DNA from: the human T2T-CHM13v2.0 reference genome, Homo sapiens
DNA: 64,000 bases
Strand: one strand, 5' to 3'
NCBI RefSeq assembly: GCF_009914755.1
Contig: NC_060933.1
Made by a program: the position numbers and the translations under genes. Of this stretch, positions 30,611 through 44,910 are shown piece after piece (position 1 is the stretch's first letter; the number at the start of each line of letters is the position of its first letter). Below the pieces are notes generated by a model that saw only the letters and a program-made list of their open reading frames with translations, was not told where the DNA came from and ran no database searches.

Positions 30611-33600
30611 GTCTATGTGTCTGTTTTTTTGCCAGCACCGTGCTGCTTTGGTTATTATAGCTCTGTAATATAATTCGAAGTCAGGTCATTTGATTCCTCC
30701 AGTTTTTCCCTTTTTGTTTGGGATAGCTTTGCCTATTCTGGATCTTTTGTGGTTCCATATAAATTTTATGATTTTTTTCTATTCCTGTGAAGAATGTCAT
30801 TTATATTTTGAAAAGGGATTACATTAAATCTGTAGATTGCTTTGGGTTGCATGGACATTTTAACAATACTTCTTTTAATTTATAAACATATATTTTCATT
30901 TTTTGTTTTCTCTTCAATTTCTTTCATCAATGTATTCTAGTTTTCATTGTAGATATCTTTTACTTCTTTGATTAAGTTAATTCCTAGGTAGTTAATTTTA
31001 TTTGTGGCTACTGCAAATGAGATCACTTTTAAAATTTCTTTTTCAGTTTGTTTACTGTTGGCATATAGAAATGTTACTGATTTTGGTATGCTGATTTTGT
31101 ATCCTGCACCATTACTGAATTTATATATCAGTTCTAACAGTTTTTTAATGAAGTCGTTAGGGTTTTCCAAGTATAAGATCATATCACCTGCAAACAAGGA
31201 TAATTTGACTTCCTTCTTTCCAATTTGGAAACTATCTCCTTCTCTTGTCTGATGGCTCTAGACAGGACTCCCAGTACTATGTTGAATAACAAGTGGGCAT
31301 TCTTGTCATTTTCCAGATCTTAAAGGATTTTCAGTATTTTTACATTTATTATGATAGTAGTTGTGGGTCTGTCATACATGACTTTTATTATGTTGAGGTA
31401 TGTTCCTTCTATACCCAGTTTTCTGAGGGTTTTTATCATGAAGCAGTGTTGAATTTTATCAAATGGATTTTCAGTACCAATTGAGATGATCATATAGATT
31501 TTGTTCTTCATTCTGTTGATATGATGTATTACATTGATTAATTTGCTTAAGTTGAACCATCCTTGCAACCCTGGGATAAATCTCACTTGGGATAAATCAT
31601 CTCACTTGGGATCAATCATCTTTTTAATGTATTATTGAATTCAGTTTGATAGTATTTTGTTAAGGATTTTTGCATCAATATTCATCCAAGATTGGCCTGT
31701 AGTATTCTTTCTTTGATATGTCTTTATCTGGTTTTGGTATCAAGGTAATAATAGCCTTGTAGAATAAGTATGAAATTATTCCCTCCTCCTCTGTTTTTTT
31801 GGAATAGTTTGAGTAGGATTGGTATTAAGTCTTCTTTAAATGTTTAGTAGAATTTAGCAGTGAAGCCACTGGGTCCCAGGCTTTTCAATGCTGAGAGAAT
31901 TTTTGTTACAGCTTCAATCTCATTACTTGTAATTGGTCTGTTCAGGTTTTGAATTTCTTCATGGTTCAATCTTGGTAGCTTGCACATGTCTAGGAGTGTA
32001 TTCATTTCCTCTAGATTTTTATCGGCATATAGTTGCTCATAATAGCCACTTATAATCCTTTGAATTTCTGTGGTATCAAGTTGTAATGTTTCCTTTTTCT
32101 TCTCTGATTTTATTTATTTGAGCCTTCACCTTTTTTTCTTCATTAGTCTGACTAAAGGTTTGACAATTTTATTTTTTCAGAAAACCAACTTTTGGTTTCA
32201 TTAATTTTTTTATATTGTTTTCTTCATTTCAACTTTTTTTCTGCTGTGATTTTTATTATTTCTATTATTCTGCTAATTTTAGGTTTGGTTTGCTCTTGCT
32301 TTTTCAGTTCTTTATCATGCATTGTTATGTTATTTGAAGTTTTTCTTCCTTTTTGATGTAGGTGCTTATGGTTATAAATTTCTGTCTTAGTACTTTGCTG
32401 TATCCCATAGGTTTTGGTATTTTATGTTTCTATTATCATCTGCTTCAATAAATTTTTCAATGTCTGTCTTAATTTCTTCATGGACCCACTGGTCATTCAG
32501 GAGCATATTGCTTAATTTCAATGTGTTTGTATAGTTTCCAAAATTCCTCTTGTTATTAACTCCTAGTTTTATTCCATTGTGATCAGAGAAGAGGCTTGAT
32601 ATTATTAAAATGTTTCAACTGTTTTAAGACATGTTTTGTGAGCTAACATATGTTCTGTCCTTGAGAATAACCTATGTGCTGAGGAGAAGAATGCATTCTG
32701 TAGCCATTGGATAAAATGTTCTGTAAATTATATTAGGTCCATTTGTTCTATAGTGCAAATTAAGTCTCATATTTCTTTGTGGATTTCCTGTCTGGGAGAT
32801 CTGTCCAATGCTGAACATGGGGTGTTGAAGTCTCCAGCTATTATTGTATTGAGGTCTATCTCTCTCTGTATTTCTAATAATATTTGCCTTATATATCTGG
32901 GTGCTCCAATGTTGGGTCCATATATATTTACAAGCATTTATCTTCTTGCTGAATTGGCCCCTTTATCATTATATAATGAACTTTTTGTCTCTTCTTACAG
33001 TTTTTGTCATGAAGTCTTCTTTGTCAAATATAAGTATAGCTACATCTGCTCTTTTTTGGCTTCTATTGGCATAGAATATCTTTTTTCATCCCTTTATTTT
33101 TTATCTATTTTTTCTTTGTAGGTGAAGTGTGTTTCTTGTAGGCAACAGATCATTCAGTCTTGTTTTGTCATTCTTTTAGCCATTCTATGCATTTTATTAG
33201 ATAGTTTAGTCCATTTACTTTCAATGTTATTATAGAAAGTAGGGACTTACTCTTGTAATTTTATTGCTTGTTTTGAGGTCTTCTCTGCATTCTTTTCTTT
33301 CTTTCTTCCTTTTAGTGAAGGTGATTTTCTTCGGTGGTTTTAATTTCTTGCTTTTTATTTTTTTTGTATTCATTGCATTTTTTTAATTTGAGGTTACTAT
33401 GAGGCTTGCAAATGCAACTTATAACCCATTTTTCTAAACTGATAACAACTTAACACTGATTACATAAAAAAAAACAACATGCAAAATAAAACTAATAACC
33501 ACTCTAAACTTTAACTTCATCCCCTTGCTTTTTAACTTTTTGTTCTTTCTCTTTATATCTTATTATACCAAGTATTGAAAAGTTGTTGTAGTTATTATTT

Positions 33601-33901
33601 TTTATTGGTGCATCATTTAGTCTTTCTACCTAAGAGTAGTTTACAAACTACAATTACAGTGTTACAATATTCTGGGTTTTTCTGTGTGCTTACTATTACC
33701 AGTGAGTTTTGTACCTTCAGATTCTTTCTTCTTATTCATTAACATCATTTTCTTTCAGATTGAAGAACTCCCTTTAGCATTTCTTGTAGGACAGGTCTGG
33801 TATTGGTGAAATTGCTCATCTTTTGTTTGTCTGGGAAAGTCTTTTTTTCTCTTATATGCTTGAAGAATATTTTTGCCAACTATGGTATTCTAGGGTAAAA
33901 G

Positions 33902-33902
33902 T

Positions 33903-33940
<38 letters not shown>
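33902..33940. repeat. (TTG)n trinucleotide microsatellite within L1
   Basis: About 12 uninterrupted ttg units. Confidence 0.95.
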
Positions 33941-33941
<1 letters not shown>

Positions 33942-36671
33942 TCCTTCAGCATGTTAAATTTGTCATTCTACTCTACTCTCTTCTGGCCTGTAAAGTTTTC
34001 ATTGAAAAGTCTGCTGCCAGATGTACTGGAGTTCCACTGTATGTTATTTGTTTCTTTTCTCTTGCTGCTTTTAAAATCCTTTCTTTATCCTTCACCTTTA
34101 GGAGTTTAATTATTAAATGCCTTGAGGTAGTCTTCTTTGGGTTAAATTTGCTTGGTGTATAACCTTCTTGTACTTGGATATTGATATCTTTCTCTAGATT
34201 TGGGAAGTTCTCTGATATTTTCCCTTTGAATAAACTTTCTACTCCTATCTCTCTCTATTTTCTCTTTAAGGCCAATAACAGTTAGATTTGCCCTTTTAAT
34301 GCTATTTTCTAGATCCTGTAGGCATGCTTCATTGTTTTTTATTCTTTTTTCTTTTGTCTCCTCTGACTGTGTATTCAAATAGCTTGTCTTCAAACTCACT
34401 AATTCTTCTGCTTGATCAATTTTTCTATTAAGAGACTCTGATGCATTCTTCATATGCCAATTGTATTTTTCAAGTCTCACATTTCTGCTTATTTCAATCT
34501 CTTTGTTAAATTTATCTGACAGAATTCTGAATCCCTTCTTTGCGTTATCTTAAATTTCTTTGAGTTTCTTCAGTGCAGCTATTTTGAATTCTGTCTGAAA
34601 GGTCACATATCTCTGTCTCTCTGTGATTGGTCACTGGTGCCTTATTTAGTTCATTTGATGAGGTCATGTTTGCCTGGATGGTCTTGATGTTTATAGATGT
34701 TCATTGGTGTCTGGGCATTAAAAAGTTTGGTATTTATTACAGTCTTTGCAGTCTGGGCTTGTGTCCATCCTTCTTGAGAAGACTTTTAAGTTGTTCAAAG
34801 AGACTTGGGTCCCAAGTCTAACAATATTGTGGTTTTTGCAGACTCATAGAGGTATTGCTTTGGTGGTCCTGGATGAGATCTGAAATAATTCTCTGGATTA
34901 CCTGGCAGAGACTCTTGTTCTTTTCCCTTACTTTCTCCCAAACACAGTCTTTCTTTCTCTGTGCTGAGACCCCTGGAACTTGGGGTGGAATTATGTGAGC
35001 AGCCCTGTGGCCACCACCAGTGGGACTGTGCTGGGTCATAACCGAAGCCAGCACAGTATGGGTCTCACCCAGGGCCTGCTGTAACCACTAGCTGGCTGCC
35101 ACCTATGTTCACTCAAGACCCTAGAGCTCTACAGTAAGCAGGCAGTGAAGCCAGCCAGGTTTGTATACAGGCAGTGAGTTCCCCCAGGCTCCAGGCAAGT
35201 CCAGATATATTGTCTGGGAGCCAGGGATTGGAGTCAAACATCTTAGAAATTTACCTGATGTTCTATTCACCTGTAGCTAAGCTGGCACTCAAACCATAAT
35301 ACAAAGTTCTTCCCACTTTTCCCTCCCCTTTCCACAGGCAGACGAGCCTCTCCCTGTGGGCACCACCACTACCGACCCATGGAGGGTTCTGCCAGGCCAC
35401 TGCTTATGTTCACATAAAGCCCAAGGGCTCTTTGGTCAGGTTGTGGTGAATGCTGCCAGGCCTGAGACTCATCCTTTAGGGCAGTGGGCTTTCCTCTGGT
35501 CCAGGGAAGGCCCAGAAATGCTGTTCAAGTCCAAGAGCCTAGGCCTGGACAGAGGGACCCCAAGAGCCTGCTTGGCGCTCTACCCCACTGTGGCTGAGTT
35601 GGTACCTAAGGTACAAGACATAGCTCTCTTTGCTTTTTCCTCTGCTTTTCTCAAACAGAAGGGGACTTTCACCATAGCTGCAACAGCTGGGAATGTGCTG
35701 GGTTACAGCTGAAGTCAGGTGTCAGAGCCCAAGGCCCACAGTGTACTATCTGGGTATCACTGCTGGTTATTTGGAGCCTAAGGGTTCTTTAGTCAGCATC
35801 TGATGAATCCTTCTAGGACTGGGTTCTTCCCTTCAAGGCAGTAGGTTCCCTTTTGGCCCAGGGTGTGTCTAGAAATGTCTGGAGCTAGGGCCTGGAATGA
35901 GGGCTTTGCAACTCTGACAGTTACCCTATCCTACTGTAGCTAAGCTGGTATCCAAGATGCAAGACAAAGTTGTCTTCACTCTTCTCTCCTTAAGCAGAAG
36001 GAAGGAGTCTCTTTTGTTTTTGCCCACTGCACTACCTGGGGTTGGGGGAGGGATGGCACAAGCACTCTTTAGCTGCCCCAGCTGGTGTCTCCCTAGGTCA
36101 CTTGCCACCCTAGTCCTCTGGCTCTGAGCCCAGCCTAGCATTAACTGTTGTCTAGAGTTGTCTAGGAATTGCAATATTTGGGCCTAGACTGCCTTTCAAG
36201 TTTATCTAAGACCCCAGAGCACTTTGACTCATGGTGGCCAGGCTTGCCAAGAAACTCCAGTTCTCACTGCAGGACGGACAATTCCCCTCTGGTTAGGTCT
36301 AGTCCAAATGCTCCCTTCATTTGTGGGTGCTGACTCAGCTCAGGACAGCTTTGCTCTCTGCTTTCCTGGGCAGCACTGAGTTCAATGTAGAGTTGCGGTA
36401 CTCTCCCTCTCCTAAGCGCACACTTGCCACTTGGCCACTGTCCGAGATAAGGGAGGCATGTTATTGGCAATTCAAGACTGTCTCCTGCCCTCCTCAATGC
36501 CTCTTTCAGCAATATAAAGTTAAAGCCAGGCACGGTAATTGCTCTCACCTAATTTTTTGGTTCTTGTGACTTGCTTTTCTGTGTGCAGAAAATTGTTAAA
36601 ATTTGGTGTTTCTGCAGGGGGTATGAAAAGTGTAGGCTCCTATTGCACCCTCTTGCTCTGCCTTCTGGGTG

Positions 36672-37055
<384 letters not shown>

Positions 37056-39399
37056 TAATGTAGCAGTCAGTAACTGGCCAGTATTCAAGAACTTTAAGAT
37101 CCTTATCTTAACCACACAGAAAACTAACAAAGGACATTTTATGCATTTTATCTTCAAATAGCCCAAACAACTAAATACAATATAGACCGTATCCCAAATT
37201 AATTCTATCACTCAATGTCTTCAGTTTGAAAAAAGATTGTACTATTTAAGAATATCGGTACAAATCTTGATTGATATTAAAAAAATTTTGACTGCCTGAT
37301 TTGAAAGAAGTCAAGAGTGAAAGTAAACATCAAAAATTAAACATTTTTGAAAGTAACAAGCATCTTGTTATGGTGCATGCCCTGGCCACACTCCTAAGGA
37401 AAGCAGCACACGTACACCTATTGCTGAGGGGCTATGGTTGTGTAATGTACTGCAGGATCAGAGCTGGCCAGTTCCTAGCCTGGACGAATCAGAAAGTGTC
37501 TCTGGAATACATCCAAAGAAGGACTGTGTCTGATCCACAATGAGAGTTGAAGCAAGAAGGTCATGATGAAGAGGGGCCAGATGTACCCATGACAAGCTGC
37601 ATGCAAGCTGAAAGGATGACTAAATCAGCAAGCAGAAGAAGCCTGCCACTAGAGAAAAGAGATGGAAGAAGCAAGATGAAGATAGATGGGAGCCCCAGAA
37701 AGGAGACAAGTTCCTTGAGCAGCAGTCTCCATTTTTTCAAAACAATTATTTAAAAAATAATAATAATAATTGACATGCAAAAAAAGTAACTATCTTCTTA
37801 ACATTATAGCTTCCCGTGCTTAAAGACACTAGGTTCATCATGTATGCAATGTACCCTAAACATTTTCAATTTAAGTGCTGTCAGAACCTTGCTTGGCTAG
37901 CACCAACTTTTCTTTATCTTCATTCATTCTTTCTTTATATTTTTTCTGTCTCAATAACCAGTCTTGTAACTACTAAAGTATGTTTCACCAAGAAACACCT
38001 GGTTCTGCTCTCTAGCGCATGTGGGATGATCTCAATGTAAATGCAGCAGCTACCTTCTTTCCAAGTACTGATCCCTCAACTTGGTAATTGTAGAGTTAAA
38101 AGTCTCCTTCTCACACTCGAAACAACCTGAAAGTGAAAACTACATCTCATTCAACTTTCATCTGTAGCACCTTGCTAGGACCACAGTAAGTGTTCATTAA
38201 AATTTGTTGGCTTTTGAAATTAAATTCAGAACAAGATTCCTGAGAATAAATGGTTCATTCTAGCTACATTTATACAAGAAAACCAAACTTTTCAACTTGT
38301 TTTAAACATGATATAGCTTGTGAATTAGAATAAACATCTAAAATACTTGTTTATTCAGTAAAATAAGGATATAATATATGATCATAAGTTTTTGCCTTTA
38401 AAATCAACCCAAGATGGCCTTTTAATCCTTTAAGGTGTGAAGAGCCTGGGTACCAATGGGATTGCTTATCAGGTCGACTATGACTTCCTCCAATCAGGAG
38501 TCACTTCAGAAAAAAAAAAATGGTGTTCACCAGTTTGTATGTGTGTGATTCTGTATATATAAAAGTTCTACATTTTAGCGTCATACCTTAATAAAGTACT
38601 ACAAAACACATCAACATCAATCCCAATCAACTTTAACAGCCACTTTAGAAATTGTGGTGATTTAACAGCAATATTTTATGACCTGAGATGGCATCTAGCT
38701 ATTCACTATTTGCAACAATCTTGGCCTTTAATGTTGAAGAGTTAATATCAGCTATGTATATTCCCCTGCGTGGTGAATGACCAGGGCAAAACACCTATTT
38801 TATCATTTGGATTTCTTATTACTTTTGATCATTTATGTAGTCTTGTTTTTCCAGAATTACCCATTTCCATCTAAACCATAAAGCACACACATGCAGATGC
38901 ATGCACAAATCACACAGAAATAGAAGATACTCTAAAGCAAGACAGCTAAGATTCCTTCAAAAATCACATGAATTATTTGGCTTTAGTGCCATCCCACATT
39001 TTTAAGACCATGTAAATCATCTCAGTAAACTAAAAAGAAGATGAAAGTTATGATTTCCTCTCCAATCAAATGTGGACTGCACGCAATTCTTCATTTATAA
39101 CTACATTCATTGTGAGCAACTTCCCCAATTTAGAATCTGGAGAAATAGCACAAAGAATGCTCTCAGCCCTCACCACTGAGCCATGACTCTAGGCCAGACA
39201 AGCACCTTACTTAGCAGCAGAATGTAACTTTTAGGCGTATTTCTATGAGCCCATCTCATCATTTCCAGAATTGATTCCAAGTAATAGTAAAAGGGTGGCC
39301 AGACAATACAAAGGCTCAGCTTAGAAAGAGATACTTTTAGAGACTCAGATTTAGATTTTTCTTTTTAAATATTTTGAGGCTAGTTTTGAAGTCTTCATC

Positions 39400-39660
39400 A
39401 TCAAATAAATAGTAGTGATTTCTATTTGTTACTTGCTTGTGGGCTTCATAAAGTGTCTTCCAGATACGTTATTTCTCCTCCTTTGATTGGCCGTATAGGG
39501 AAGCCCAGGCCCAGCAGATGTTACCATCTCTTCATCTACAATGAGGCATTTGAACCTCAGACATTTTTGTTGATTTATCAAAATTCTTTAGGGATCAAGT
39601 GTTCAAATCAGATTAGAACCTGGGATGCAGGTATCCAATTTAGGGCTTTGCAGAGCTCAC
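39400..39660 (-). mobile_element. Degenerate MIR
   Basis: tcttcatctacaatgaggcatttgaacctcagac...gattagaacctggg. Confidence 0.4.
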
Positions 39661-42600
39661 TCTTTCTGCCTAAACAAGTCTATGTTTGATAGCTGAAAAT
39701 GTTAAATGGAATGTAGGAATAAGACCTGCCCCCACCAGAACTAACTATGTCTCCAATGCTCCACAGTTATTCATATTCTTCCCTAAGCACATAATTTAGT
39801 TCTGAGAGTAGCTTAGGCCCAAGGGAGCATTTGGTTAACTGACGTTTAGGACATTGTGCACTCCCTTGTCATTGGGTTTAATGTTTCCCATTTTATAACT
39901 CCAGGCCCAGTCCCACCTCTCTGCTGGATTGCATTGTCCTGAAAAAAATATTTACATGTACCCAGGGATTCCAGTAATGGGCCCATAAAAAATTCAATAA
40001 AGAAATGTTTTAATCAAAATACTCTGTCTGACATCACAGAGTCACCAGAATTCTCATTTAAAATTGGAGCGCATCACTGAAAAACGTTGATTGCTGTTGT
40101 AACCTCTCTGGTTTCTAAATGCGTTCTATTCATGCTCTGCTGTTGATGGAACTGGCTACTGATGTGTATCCTTAGAGGAACCTTTTTGTATAATGAATAA
40201 AGAATCTCAAAAACACATGAAAAAGGCTTACTATCTCTCTTAGAAGTCATGCCAGAAAAACAGAGAAAGGGCAGCAGTCCCACTTCCTTTTGTTGGTTAT
40301 AATGATCATATGAGCACCATAAAAAAGAATAATATATCTTTAAGAGGAAAGAAATGTCCTTTTATTCCCCCCGAGAAACTGCAAGTGCAAGTTTCTTAAA
40401 GTATCTTTTCAGTGCAAGCTGTAGGTCCTTTTCCAAGGTGAATAAAATCCCCACAAATGCCTGCAAGGAGAGATGTTCCCGATGCTTCCCTTGGGCATTT
40501 GCTGAGCTAGGCAAAGTCTGCACTCATGCTATAGATCACTTTGGCACCATTAAAGAATTACAGGGCATCACATGATCTTGTAGGAATTAATCACTGCTTA
40601 ACAGTATGTGCTCCTGTGTTTATGAAGTCATTTGGAATATCTGCATGCAACCACTGGCTCGGTGAGTCGAGTATCTGCAGGTAATGAACCATGGCATTGT
40701 GTTATGGTCGAGCTAGGGAATGTTCCAATTGGCAATTAATATGGCAGTGAAATGTATTTCCTTTAGAGAAAGTTGAATTTATAATTGGAAAACTTTTGTG
40801 AACCACAGAGAGATCCTATTTACATTATATTTTGCCAGTCTAGATCCTCACAAAGGATTTCAAGGTGGGGACAGGGTAGTATCAAAGATAAATAGTGTCT
40901 GGCATTATATAACAAATAACTATTAAAGACATTGCTCAGATAGCCTTATGCCTGTATTTTTCTTCAGGGACCCTACAAAAAATATTAACTAAAGAATATA
41001 GATCAAATTTCAGTTTCAAGTATTTACCATCAGTGAAATAGAACTGCAGGTTATGGCCTACTAAAGCGTTAACAACTCTGAAGAAACTTTTGACAAAAAA
41101 TAAATAAAATGAAAGGAAAGGAAAAGAGAAGAAAATAAGTGGAGATTTTAAAAAAGTATACTTTATATAAGTAGGTAGTAGCAGTTAGTGGTTAAAGAGT
41201 ACAGTGAATATTAAGATCAAGGGAGGGAGTCCCTTCCTGGATTTCTCAGTTACACAGTTTCTACTTATAAATATTTATCTTGCAAGTGTGATTCAGATGA
41301 TATACTCAAACATCAATTAGCCTCCCAATAAAAGACAAGATGTAAAGACGTGGGGATTTGTGTAAGGCTGTTGAGCTGTATGCTGCCAATTCATTTCTAG
41401 TTCAAGTTGTTTATCATTATTGTACCTCATTTTCAAAGTGTTGAAGGAGTTTTTAAATAGATACATTTGGAATTTACATATAACAAGTACCCTAGAAGGA
41501 AGGTACTCCACTTATACTGGAGTTCTGGAATAAGCACTAATCAAATCATTGAGAATTTTATATAGCTGAGGCAATATAAAGATATCATCTCATATGGTCC
41601 TATTTGATTAGCAGTGGAAACCATCACCTTCAAATTATTTTCCCCCCTTTTAGCCTACCTTTACTTCGATCATGCTAAATTAGAGAAATAAACTCAACAT
41701 CACCAGTAACCATAAAGACATGCTCCATGTAGCTATCAAGCTTTCCTGGGTCAGGATTTAAATCTTCAGTTGGTAAACCTCCCAGGCATGTCTCTGAGTT
41801 CCAAAATATTAGAATACAAAAGTATCCACTCATACTCACATATGCATGGACTATCCTACCATTACCCTGATATGTGCTGGTATATTATAACAAAAATGTC
41901 TGAGGTTAATGTAGGAAATAAGAAACTAGTACTAAACACTGATATATAGTTTTTATTAGAAAATAAATATATTTGGAGTCAGAATTGTTTCCCTCCTTAG
42001 CCAAGAGGAGAGAGAGAGAGAAGATACTTTTCAGGGGATGAGATCTAAGAATGTCCAGGTCCATGAGAAAGTTTGGAACAAGACATGAGTTGACTTATTC
42101 AGACCCTGTTTCATTTTTATAGTCCAAAGATAAAGGATCCTTTAAGGTTGTCCATATATCTATTAAATCAAAGATGAGAATATCTTAGTCTCAGCCCTCT
42201 CCTAGAATCAAACCACCTTTTGCCTCTCATTCTGTTTACAGCTCTCAATGCTGTCTCTGCTATCCAAAGGTAGTCAGTCAACCCTGAAACTCTTTCTTTG
42301 GAAGTAAAGTCAGCAGGGAAAATGATTTCCTCGTGCTATTGAGACCCATCTCTTGCCAAGAACTTTTGCTGCAAATCAAGGAGGCAACTTCCCATGTGGT
42401 CATTTCATGCTTCAGTTCTACTGAATTTTTGGTGCTCTTTGAACCCTAATTTGAAATTGAAATTCTATTTGCTTGTATTAGGAGTGGTGGAGGAGAATAT
42501 CTGGAAATGCATTTGTGTTTAAACACGAGTCCTCCAAGTTGCTCAATGCTTTGGTCTTGGTTTTATGAAGAAAAGTAAAATCAACTGGAATGGCCTGGCT

Positions 42601-44699
42601 GCCACAGCTCAAGTCAGAATCACTTTGATTCCTGGCCTTCCAGCCTTGACTTGCTCTAATGTAATCTTGTCTGCTGAAGCAAGGTGTGTGACCACTGTGT
42701 TATTATCTGCATTTCAGCTCTAAACCCCTAACGGCAGGGCTTTCTCTCTCCAGCATATCTCTCAATCTTATTACACCAGGCTGTGCAAGTGAACCCTGGC
42801 CTCTCTACTTGCCCCTTCTGCAGCTGTTCAGCCTGTATCTTGAATGTTCTAGCAACCTCTTCGAATGCCACTGTTATGCACATTCTCTTGCATTGCAAGG
42901 GTAAATAAAAGTTACATGCCTATCAGGAAATCAAGAGTTTCAGAGTAAATATAAGTTCTCTCATCATCTCTAATTGTCACTTGCTATGGATGTCAAACTG
43001 ACAGAGTAGCAGAATCTAATTTCCTTGTTTGATTCACCATGAAATTAAACTGAACTGACAATTTTTATTTTCACCTGGCAAATTCATCTGACACTATTTA
43101 AATCCAGCTAATCAAGTACAGTTATCTGCTCCGCACACTCATCTCTCCCACCACACCTCTGATTCTCAGTATCCTACTTCCTGAACTCCCTCCGACAGCC
43201 GTGTGTTGGATTACATTTACAGTTTTAGAAGGTGTAAAGGAATGCATGAACATAGTTAGCCAAGGTGCCAGCAAATGTATCATGTCACAAAATTACTACT
43301 GAAAGATGAAAAAACAAAAAGAGTAAAAAACAAAACTCCTGGACTGCAGCATGGTTCAAAAGCCCAACCAGTCAGATGGTTTAGTGAGGCCTGTGCTCAG
43401 TAGAGTAGAAAATATAATTCTGAAGTTAACTGACTTTTAGGGGAAAAAAATCATGTTTAACCTCTGTACAAAAAAATAAATATCACTGTTCAGATACAGT
43501 GAGGATGATAGTAGGAAGTGCTGGATACATCTGTCTTAGGAAATGGGGCCATCTGGTAGTGTGGGAGTGACCATTGATAGAATGAACTATAATTTGAGTT
43601 TTCAAAGACAAGGAAGGTTTCACATTTTGGAATCATTAGACACTGTCTCAAAGAAAAGGTTTTTGGTATTGCAGGGCACCAAAAAAGACTATAAGGCTCA
43701 CCAATTAACCATTGGCAATTACCAGCATCCATGAAGGGACAGCTTCAAGGATCATCAAGTAAGGAAGAAACCTGGACATAGTTAATCCACAGAACAACTA
43801 AATGGTTTTTGTGGTGCCTGGATCCACCAGGAGGAGGCTATTAGCTTGGCCCAAAGCTAGCAGATATATTACATGTTTACCTGTAAACATCCTTCAGTTT
43901 CAGGCCAGTTTCAAGATTGCTAAGCTCATTTCTACATGCACATGGCCTTTCTTTACTCTGAAACTGAAATGAAGATCCATTGGTTTAACCCTAGCCCCAA
44001 GACACCATCAAAGATGAACAGAAACTCTGGGTTGATTTCACATTTGGGACAGAATCTAAAACATCTCTCTATGCTTACTGATTAAGAACCATGTAAGAAT
44101 CTGATTAAACATGTGTTCCAGCCCTTAGAAAAATACATATGATGAATAATCGGCATATAATTTCACAATGTATTAATGTACCCCTTGAAGCCCTTACATT
44201 AACCAAACATAATCATAGCTACAATTGTGGGAAGACATTTTCTATATGCTGGACATTGTGTTAACACTTTAGAGAGAGCTCACACTATCTGGCTTGGCCT
44301 CTTCAGCCCTTCTGAGAAGACTCATGAAATTAATAACTCCAGGCCACTTATCTTGAGGAAGTTACGTGAAATTGTTCTTGTGACAAGCTGCTCAAGCATA
44401 AATAAGCATCTGCAAGTAGGAGTGCTTGCCATTGTAACTTTAATTTAGGGCTTCTATTTTAAATTACTGATTGTTTGCATTGCTCCCAGCATCTTAGTAT
44501 ATATAACATATTTCTCTTTATAGGAAGTCAAACAGGCCTGTTCACTGAATCTCAGTAAAAGCTGCTCTGGAGAAAGACTGGCTATCTGTATTTCTCCCAA
44601 GGTTCCCTAAAGTGATTTTTGCAGCTACCTTATAATGTAGGGGTTTTTTTTTAACCATACCAAGCATATTCCTCCAGTCACTTTTTGGAATAAGCGGCA

Positions 44700-44910
44700 C
44701 AAAAACTTTTAGGTTTATTTGTATCGTTCGATTCCTTATAGCATTGGAAGGAGGTATCATTATTCCTACTTGATATAGTGGAAAACTAAGTCCCAGAAAG
44801 GATGAATAACTTGCCTTGTCCACATACCTAGTAAGTGGTAAAGCAGGGTTTTTAGAATCCAATTTGGTTTGACTTCAACAGCCAAGTTCTCAGCTGTTGT
44901 GGTCTGCTGC
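44700..44910 (-). mobile_element. MIR SINE
   Basis: ggtatcattattcctacttgatatagtggaaaactaagtcccagaaag...aacttgccttgtccacatacctagtaagtggtaaagcaggg. Confidence 0.8.

Larger units (their letters stand above)
26856..36665 (-). mobile_element. Near-full-length L1MA (L1MA1-3-like), about 7.5 kb net, inactive, interrupted by THE1
   Basis: 3' UTR ttttaatttttgtgggtacat...aaaatggggtatc; ORF2 RT remnants (FAGDMILYLENP 30937-31197, [10 protein letters not shown] 31320-31586); ORF1 remnant (LQDLENSIKRANL 34142-34480); GC-richer 5' UTR about 34800-36665; many stops and frameshifts. Confidence 0.95.

Noticed and set aside
30937-34480. Reverse transcriptase and ORF1-like peptides as an active or novel retroelement
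   Set aside because: These are fragmented remnants of the L1MA; the catalytic FADD motif reads FAGD and the frames are broken.
35230-36010. Three diverged repeats about 330 bp apart (ctgtagctaagctgg at about 35271, 35588, 35934)
   Set aside because: They lie in the L1 5' UTR, where old L1 families carry repeated subunits; probably inherited from the consensus.
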